A stretch of DNA of 64,000 nucleotides from Eledone cirrhosa (taxonomy: Eukaryota). The notes below the pieces were generated by a model. The model had not been told where the DNA came from, did no database searches, and saw nothing but the letters and a program-made list of their open reading frames with translations. The stretch covers positions 5,456,001 to 5,520,000 of the forward strand of contig OZ024759.1 of assembly GCA_964016885.1 (NCBI GenBank). Reading direction: 5' to 3'. Position 1 is the stretch's first letter. Each line of letters opens with the position of its first letter. This document shows, piece by piece, positions 55,616 to 64,000 of this stretch. A program made the position numbers and the translations under genes.

Positions 55616-58339
55616 GAAGTAACTCCAATGTTGGTGAGAATTCATTTAAGTTCATGGTATTAGCTGTCAGAAGGAACTCCACTGTTGGTGAGAATTCATT
55701 TAAGTTCATGGTATTAGCTGTCAGAAGTAACTCCACTGTTGGTGAGTATTCATTTAAGTTCATGGTACTAGCTGTCAGAAGTAACTCCAATGTTGGTGAG
55801 AATTCATTTAAGTTCATGGTATTAGCTGTCAGAAGTAACTCCACTGTTGGTGAGAATTCATTTAAGTCATGGTATTAGCTGTCAGAAGTAACTCCAATGT
55901 TGGTGAGAATTCATTTAAGTTCATGGTATTAGCTGTCAGAAGTAACTCCACTGTTGGTGAGAATTCATTTAAATTCATGGTATTAGCTGTCAGAAGTAAC
56001 CCCAATGTTGGTGAGAATTCATTTAAGTTCATGGTATTAGTTTGTCAGAAGTAACTCCAATGTTGGTGAGAATTCATTTAAGTTCATGGTATTAGCTGTC
56101 AGAAGTAACTCCACTGTTGGTGAGAATTCATTTAAGTCATGGTATTAGCTGTCAGAAGTAACTCCAATGTTGGTGAGAATTCATTTAAGTTCATGGTATT
56201 AGCTGTCAGAAGTAACTCCACTGTTGGTGAGAATTCATTTAAATTCATGGTATTAGCTGTCAGAAGTAACTCCAATGTTGGTGAGAATTCATTTAAGTTC
56301 ATGGTATTAGCTGTCAGAAGTAACTCCACTGTTGGGGAGAATTCATTTAAGTCATGGTATTAGCTGTCAGAAGTAACTCCATTGTTGGTGAGAATTCATT
56401 TAAGTCATGGTACTAGCTGTCAGAAGTAACTCCACTGTTGGTGAGAATTCATTTAAGTTCATGGTATTAGTTTGTCAGAAGTAACTCCACTGTTGGTGAG
56501 AATTCATTTAAGTCATGGTATTAGTTGTCAGAATTAACTCCAATGTTGGTGAGAATTCATTTAATTCATGGTACTAGCTGTCAGAAGTAACTCCATTGTT
56601 GGTGAGAATTCATTTAAGTTCATGGTACTAGCTGTCAGAAGTATCTCCACTGTTGGTGAGAATTCATTTAAGTTCATGGTATTAGTTTGTCAGAAGTAAC
56701 TCCACTGTTGGTGAGAATTCATTTAAGTCATGGTATTAGTTGTCAGAAGTAACTCCAATGTTGGTGAGAATTCATTTAAGTTCATGGTATTAGCTGTCAG
56801 AAGGAACTCCACTGTTGGTGAGAATTCATTTAAGTTCATGGTATTAGCTGTCAGAAGTAACTCCACTGTTGGTGAGAATTCATTTAAGTTCATGGTACTA
56901 GCTGTCAGAAGTAACTCCAATGTTGGTGAGAATTCATTTAAGTTCATGGTATTAGCTGTCAGAAGTAACTCCACTGTTGGTGAGAATTCATTTAAGTCAT
57001 GGTATTAGCTGTCAGAAGTAACTCCAATGTTGGTGAGAATTCATTTAAGTTCATGGTATTAGCTGTCAGAAGTAACTCCACTGTTGGTGAGAATTCATTT
57101 AAGTTCATGGTATTAGCTGTCAGAAGTAACTCCACTGTTGGTGAGAATTCATTTAAGTCATGGTATTAGTTGTCAGAAGTAACTCCAATGTTGGTGAGAA
57201 TTCATTTAAGTCATGGTACTAGCTGTCAGAAGTAACTCCAATGTTGGTGAGAATTCATTTAAGTTCATGGTATTAGCTGTCAGAAGGAACTCCACTGTTG
57301 GTGAGAATTCATTTAAGTTGATGGTATTAGCTGTCAGAAGTAACTCCACTGTTGGTGAGAATTCATTTAAGTTCATGGTACTAGCTGTCAGAAGTCACTC
57401 CACTGTTGGTGAGAATTCATTTAAGTTCATGGTACTAGCTGTCAGAAGTAACCCCAATGTTGGTGAGAATTCATTTAAGTTCATGGTATTAGCTGTCAGA
57501 TGTCACTCCAATGTTGGTGAGAATTCATTTAAATTCATGGTATTAGCTGTCAGAAGTAACTCCACTGTTGGTGAGAATTCATTTAAGTTCATGGTATTAG
57601 CTGTCAGAAGTAACTCCACAGTTGGTGAGAATTCATTTAAGTTCATGGTATTAGCTGTCAGAAGTAACTCCACTGTTGGTGAGAATTCATTTAAGTTCAT
57701 GGTATTAGCTGTCAGAAGGAACTCCAATGTTGGTGAGAATTCATTTAAGTCATGGTACTATCTGTCAGAAGTAACTCCACTGTTGGTGAGAATTCATTTA
57801 AGTTCATGGTATTTTCTGTCAGAAGTAACTCCACTGTTGGTGAGAATTCATTTAAGTTCATGGTACTAGCTCTCAGAAGTAACTCCAATGTTGGTGAGAA
57901 TTCATTTAAGTTCATGGTATTAGCTGTCAGAAGGAACTCCACTGTTGGTGAGAATTCATTTAAGTCATGGTATTAGTTGTCAGAAGTAACTCCAATGTTG
58001 GTGAGAATTAATTTAAGTCATGGTACTAGCTGTCAGAAGTAACTCCAATGTTGGTGAGAATTCATTTAAGTTCATGGTATTAGCTGTCAGAAGGAACACC
58101 ACTGTTGGTGAGAATTCATTTAAGTTCATGGTATTAGCTGTCAGAAGTAACTCCACTGTTGGTGAGAATTCATTTAAATTCATGGTACTAGCTGTCAGAA
58201 GTAACTCCAATGTTGGTGAGAATTCATTTAAGTTCATGGTATTAGCTGTTAGAAGTAACTCCACTGTTGGTGAGAATTCATTTAAGTCATGATATTAGCT
58301 GTCACAAGTAACTCCATTGTTGGTGAGAATTCATTTAAG

Positions 58340-61300
58340 TCATGGTACTAGCTGTCAGAAGTAACTCCACTGTTGGTGAGAATTCATTTAAGTTCATGGT
58401 ATTAGTTTGTCAGAAGTAACTCCACTGTTGGTGAGAATTCATTTAAGTCATGGTATTAGTTGTCAGAATTAACTCCAATGTTGGTGAGAATTCATTTAAT
58501 TCATGGTACTAGCTGTCAGAAGTAACTCCATTGTTGGTGAGAATTCATTTAAGTTCATGGTACTAGCTGTCAGAAGTAACTCCACTGTTGGTGAGAATTC
58601 ATTTAAGTTCATGGTATTAGTTTGTCAGAAGTAACTCCACTGTTGGTGAGAATTCATTTAAGTCATGGTATTAGTTGTCAGAAGTAACTCCAATGTTGGT
58701 GAGAATTCATTTAAGTCATGGTACTAGCTGTCAGAAGTAACTCCAATGTTGGTGAGAATTCATTTAAGCTCATGGTATTAGCTGTCAGAAGGAACTCCAC
58801 TGTTGGTGAGAATTCATTTAAGTTCATGGTATTAGCTGTCAGAAGTAACTCCACTGTTGGTGAGAATTCATTTAAGTTCATGGTACTAGCTGTCAGAAGT
58901 AACTCCAATGTTGGTGAGAATTCATTTAAGTTCATGGTATTAGCTGTCAGAAGTAACTCCACTGTTGGTGAGAATTCATTTAAGTCATGGTATTAGCTGT
59001 CAGAAGTAACTCCAATGTTGGTGAGAATTCATTTAAGTTCATGGTATTAGCTGTCAGAAGTAACTCCACTGTTGGTGAGAATTCATTTAAGTTCATGGTA
59101 TTAGCTGTCAGAAGTAACTCCACTGTTGGTGAGAATTCATTTAAGTTCATGGTATTAGCTGTCAGAAGTAACTCCACTGTTGGTGAGAATTCATTTAAGT
59201 CATGGTATTAGCTGTCAGAAGTAACTCCAATGTTGGTGAGAATTCATTTAAGTTCATGGTATTAGTTGTCAGAAGTCACTCCACTGTTGGTGAAAATTCA
59301 TTTAAGTTCATGGTACTAGCTGTCAGAAGTAACCCCAATGTTGGTGAGAATTCATTTAAGTTCATGTTATTAGCTGTCAGAAGTCACTCCAATGTTGGTG
59401 AGAATTCATTTAAATTCATGGTATTAGCTGTCAGAAGTAACTCCACTGTTGGTGAGAATTCATTTAAGTTCATGGTATTAGCTGTCAGAAGTAACTCCAC
59501 GGTTGGTGAGAATTCATTTAAGTTCATGGTATTAGCTGTCAGAAGTAACTCCACTGTTGGTGAGAATTCATTTAAGTTCATGGTATTAGCTGTCAGAAGG
59601 AACTCCAATGTTGGTGAGAATTCATTTAAGTCATGGTACTAGCTGTCAGAAGTAACTCCACTGTTGGTGAGAATTCATTTAAGTTCATGGTATTAGCTGT
59701 CAAAAGTAACTCCACTGTTGGTGAGAATTCATTTAAGTTCATGGTACTAGCTGTCAGAAGTAACTCCAATGTTGGTGAGAATTCATTTAAGTTCATGGTA
59801 TTAGCTGTCAGAAGGAACTCCACTGTTGGTGAGAATTCATTTAAGTTCATGGTATTAGCTGTCAGAAGTAACTCCACTGTTGGTGAGAATTCATTTAAGT
59901 TCATGGTATTAGCTGTCAGAAGTCACTCCAATGTTGGTGAGAATTCATTTAAATTCATGGTATTAGCTGTCAGAAGTCACTCCACTGTTGGTGAGAATTC
60001 ATTTAAGTTCATGGTACTAGCTGTCAGAAGTAACCCCAATGTTGGTGAGAATTCATTTAAGTTCATGGTATTAGTTTGTCAGAAGTAACTCCACTGTTGG
60101 TGAGAATTCATTTAAGTCATGGTATTAGTTGTCAGAAGTAACTCCAATGTTGGTGAGAATTCATTTAAGTTCATGGTATTAGCTGTCAGAAGGAACTCCA
60201 CTGTTGGTGAGAATTCATTTAAGTTCATGGTATTAGCTGTCAGAAGTAACTCCACTGTTGGTGAGTATTCATTTAAGTTCATGGTACTAGCTGTCAGAAG
60301 TAACTCCAATGTTGGTGAGAATTCATTTAAGTTCATGGTATTAGCTGTCAGAGGTAACTCCACTGTTGGTGAGAATTCATTTAAGTCATGGTATTAGCTG
60401 TAAGAAGTAACTCCAATGTTGGTGAGAATTCATTTAAGTTCATGGTATTAGCTGTCAGAAGTAACTCCACTGTTGGTGAGAATTCATTTAAATTCATGGT
60501 ATTAGCTGTCAGAAGTAACCCCAATGTTGGTGAGAATTCATTTAAGTTCATGGTATTAGTTTGTCAGAAGTAACTCCAATGTTGGTGAGAATTCATTTAA
60601 GTTCATGGTATTAGCTGTCAGAAGTAACTCCACTGTTGGTGAGAATTCATTTAAGTCATGGTATTAGCTGTCAGAAGTAACTCCAATGTTGGTGAGAATT
60701 CATTTAAGTTCATGGTATTAGCTGTCAGAAGTAACTCCACTGTTGGTGAGAATTCATTTAAATTCATGGTATTAGCTGTCAGAAGTAACTCCAATGTTGG
60801 TGAGAATTCATTTAAGTTCATGGTATTAGCTGTCAGAAGTAACTCCACTGTTGGTGAGAATTCATTTAAGTCATGGTATTAGCTGTCAGAAGTAACTCCA
60901 CTGTTGGTGAGAATTCATTTAAGTTCATGGTATTAGTTTGTCAGAAGTAACTCCACTGTTGGTGAGAATTCATTTAAGTCATGGTATTAGTTGTCAGAAT
61001 TAACTCCAATGTTGGTGAGAATTCATTTAATTCATGGTACTAGCTGTCAGAAGTAACTCCATTGTTGGTGAGAATTCATTTAAGTTCATGGTACTAGCTG
61101 TCAGAAGTAACTCCACTGTTGGTGAGAATTCATTTAAGTTCATGGTATTAGTTTGTCAGAAGTAACTCCACTGTTGGTGAGAATTCATTTAAGTCATGGT
61201 ATTAGTTGTCAGAAGTAACTCCAATGTTGGTGAGAATTCATTTAAGTCATGGTACTAGCTGTCAGAAGTAACTCCAATGTTGGTGAGAATTCATTTAAGT

Positions 61301-63100
61301 ACATGGTATTAGCTGTCAGAAGGAACTCCACTGTTGGTGAGAATTCATTTAAGTTCATGGTATTAGCTGTCAGAAGTAACTCCACTGTTGGTGAGAATTC
61401 ATTTAAGTTCATGGTACTAGCTGTCAGAAGTAACTCCAATGTTGGTGAGAATTCATTTAAGTTCATGGTATTAGCTGTCAGAAGTAACTCCACTGTTGGT
61501 GAGAATTCATTTAAGTCATGGTATTAGCTGTCAGAAGTAACTCCAATGTTGGTGAGAATTCATTTAAGTTCATGGTATTAGCTGTCAGAAGTAACTCCAC
61601 TGTTGGTGAGAATTCATTTAAGTTCATGGTATTAGCTGTCAGAAGTAACTCCACTGTTGGTGAGAATTCATTTAAGTTCATGGTATTAGCTGTCAGAAGT
61701 AACTCCACTGTTGGTGAGAATTCATTTAAGTCATGGTATTAGCTGTCAGAAGTAACTCCAATGTTGGTGAGAATTCATTTAAGTTCATGGTATTAGTTGT
61801 CAGAAGTCACTCCACTGTTGGTGAAAATTCATTTAAGTTCATGGTACTAGCTGTCAGAAGTAACCCCAATGTTGGTGAGAATTCATTTAAGTTCATGTTA
61901 TTAGCTGTCAGAAGTCACTCCAATGTTGGTGAGAATTCATTTAAATTCATGGTATTAGCTGTCAGAAGTAACTCCACTGTTGGTGAGAATTCATTTAAGT
62001 TCATGGTATTAGCTGTCAGAAGTAACTCCACGGTTGGTGAGAATTCATTTAAGTTCATGGTATTAGCTGTCAGAAGTAACTCCACTGTTGGTGAGAATTC
62101 ATTTAAGTTCATGGTATTAGCTGTCAGAAGGAACTCCAATGTTGGTGAGAATTCATTTAAGTCATGGTACTAGCTGTCAGAAGTAACTCCACTGTTGGTG
62201 AGAATTCATTTAAGTTCATGGTATTAGCTGTCAAAAGTAACTCCACTGTTGGTGAGAATTCATTTAAGTTCATGGTACTAGCTGTCAGAAGTAACTCCAA
62301 TGTTGGTGAGAATTCATTTAAGTTCATGGTATTAGCTGTCAGAAGGAACTCCACTGTTGGTGAGAATTCATTTAAGTTCATGGTATTAGCTGTCAGAAGT
62401 AACTCCACTGTTGGTGAGAATTCATTTAAGTTCATGGTATTAGCTGTCAGAAGTCACTCCAATGTTGGTGAGAATTCATTTAAATTCATGGTATTAGCTG
62501 TCAGAAGTCACTCCACTGTTGGTGAGAATTCATTTAAGTTCATGGTACTAGCTGTCAGAAGTAACCCCAATGTTGGTGAGAATTCATTTAAGTTCATGGT
62601 ATTAGTTTGTCAGAAGTAACTCCACTGTTGGTGAGAATTCATTTAAGTCATGGTATTAGTTGTCAGAAGTAACTCCAATGTTGGTGAGAATTCATTTAAG
62701 TTCATGGTATTAGCTGTCAGAAGGAACTCCACTGTTGGTGAGAATTCATTTAAGTTCATGGTATTAGCTGTCAGAAGTAACTCCACTGTTGGTGAGTATT
62801 CATTTAAGTTCATGGTACTAGCTGTCAGAAGTAACTCCAATGTTGGTGAGAATTCATTTAAGTTCATGGTATTAGCTGTCAGAAGTAACTCCACTGTTGG
62901 TGAGAATTCATTTAAGTCATGGTATTAGCTGTCAGAAGTAACTCCAATGTTGGTGAGAATTCATTTAAGTTCATGGTATTAGCTGTCAGAAGTAACTCCA
63001 CTGTTGGTGAGAATTCATTTAAATTCATGGTATTAGCTGTCAGAAGTAACCCCAATGTTGGTGAGAATTCATTTAAGTTCATGGTATTAGTTTGTCAGAA
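58340..63100 (+). repeat. Higher-order tandem duplication, period 2531 bp (47 monomers)
   Basis: ORF offsets are 2531 (58718/61249, 58987/61518, 59202/61733, 59633/62164, 60119/62650, 60388/62919). Confidence 0.9.
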
Positions 63101-63456
63101 GTAACTCCACTGTTGGTGAGAATTCATTTAAGTCATGGTATTAGTTGTCAGAAGTAACTCCAATGTTGGTGAGAATTCATTTAAGTTCATGGTATTAGCT
63201 GTCAGAAGGAACACCACTGTTGGTGAGAATTCATTTAAGTTCATGGTATTAGCTGTCAGAAGTAACTCCACTGTTGGTGAGAATTCATTTAAGTTCGTGG
63301 TACTAGCTGTCAGAAGTAACTCCAATGTTGGTGAGAATTCATTTAAGTTCATGGTATTAGCTGTCAGAAGTAACTCCACTGTTGGTGAGAATTCATTTAA
63401 GTCATGGTATTAGCTGTCAGAAGTAACTCCATTGTTGGTGAGAATTCATTTAAGTC

Positions 63457-64000
63457 ATGGTACTAGCTGTCAGAAGTAACTCCACTGTTGGTGAGAATTC
63501 ATTTAAGTTCATGGTATTAGTTTGTCAGAAGTAACTCCACTGTTGGTGAGAATTCATTTAAGTCATGGTATTAGTTGTCAGAATTAACTCCAATGTTGGT
63601 GAGAATTCATTTAATTCATGGTACTAGCTGTCAGAAGTAACTCCATTGTTGGTGAGAATTCATTTAAGTTCATGGTACTAGCTGTCAGAAGTAACTCCAC
63701 TGTTGGTGAGAATTCATTTAAGTTCATGGTATTAGTTTGTCAGAAGTAACTCCACTGTTGGTGAGAATTCATTTAAGTCATGGTATTAGTTGTCAGAATT
63801 AACTCCAATGTTGGTGAGAATTCATTTAATTCATGGTACTAGCTGTCAGAAGTAACTCCATTGTTGGTGAGAATTCATTTAAGTTCATGGTACTAGCTGT
63901 CAGAAGTAACTCCACTGTTGGTGAGAATTCATTTAAGTTCATGGTATTAGTTTGTCAGAAGTAACTCCACTGTTGGTGAGAATTCATTTAAGTCATGGTA
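63457..64000 (+). repeat. Short higher-order repeat, period 215 bp (4 monomers), about 2.5 copies to the window end
   Basis: The TAGTTTGTC variant has its TTT at 63521, 63736 and 63951. The GAATTAACTC variant occurs at ~63581 and ~63797. Confidence 0.88.

Larger units (their letters stand above)
1..64000 (+). repeat. 54-bp tandem satellite DNA array (EcoRI/AluI-site monomer), about 1,190 head-to-tail copies, running off both window ends
   Basis: The consensus ATGGTATTAGCTGTCAGAAGTAACTCCACTGTTGGTGAGAATTCATTTAAGTTC recurs every 53-55 bp from base 1 to 64000, usually with 0-3 differences per copy. The ORF track shows the matching 18-aa periodicity on both strands throughout. No non-repeat sequence was seen. 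Confidence 0.99.

Noticed and set aside
201-63413. Hundreds of ORFs on both strands encoding 18-aa repeats
   Set aside because: They are a by-product of a 54-bp (3n) monomer with one open frame per strand. They end at recurrent 1-bp indels, have no unique N- or C-terminal domains, overlap antisense ORFs everywhere and show no synonymous bias.
1-64000. CRISPR array or other repeat-spacer system
   Set aside because: There are no unique spacers: the entire 54-bp unit is conserved with only point variants. No leader or cas genes are present.
1-64000. Tandem tRNA, 5S rRNA, snRNA or spliced-leader RNA gene array
   Set aside because: The unit is too short and lacks a cloverleaf, a convincing Pol III A/B box pair, a T4+ terminator in the consensus, or any RNA family sequence I recognise. 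An Rfam/Infernal search of a trimer would be the formal test.
1-64000. Telomeric repeat or rolling-circle/concatemer sequencing artefact
   Set aside because: There is no G-rich telomere motif. Variants are inherited in nested multi-kb blocks and change regionally, which random read errors on a single circular template would not produce.
1-64000. Transposon insertion, inversion or strand switch within the array
   Set aside because: None was seen. The + strand monomer phase continues throughout and the ORF track shows the same peptide on the same strand from end to end.
1-64000. CENP-B box
   Set aside because: The canonical box requires TTCG and CGGG with two CpGs. The consensus contains no CpG.
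1-64000. Variant pattern as a programmed information-storage or diversification code
   Set aside because: The order of variants is adequately explained by point mutation plus nested tandem duplication. No associated enzyme genes or target sites are present in the window.

Overview
The whole 64 kb window is one uninterrupted head-to-tail tandem satellite array of a 54-bp monomer. The consensus is ATGGTATTAGCTGTCAGAAGTAACTCCACTGTTGGTGAGAATTCATTTAAGTTC (about 37% GC, no CpG, one EcoRI GAATTC and one AluI AGCT site per unit). There are roughly 1,190 copies, all in the same orientation. I see no unique sequence, transposon insertion, inversion, RNA gene or credible protein-coding gene. Every listed ORF arises because 54 is divisible by 3 and one frame per strand has no stop codon. 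The informative structure lies in the pattern of monomer variants: (i) recurrent 53-bp monomers (loss of one T) that punctuate the array; (ii) a +1/-1 compensating indel pair; (iii) a mosaic of near-identical multi-kb duplications with changing periods (5542, 3982, 5651, 1078, 4787, 5002, 3716, 1454, 2639, 2911, 2531 and 215 bp); and (iv) a left-to-right turnover of diagnostic variants. This looks like eukaryotic satellite DNA (centromeric, pericentromeric or other heterochromatin) undergoing recent amplification. Organism and function cannot be determined from the sequence. Duplication boundaries were derived by eye from ORF-track offsets and shared rare variants and are accurate to about one or two monomers.
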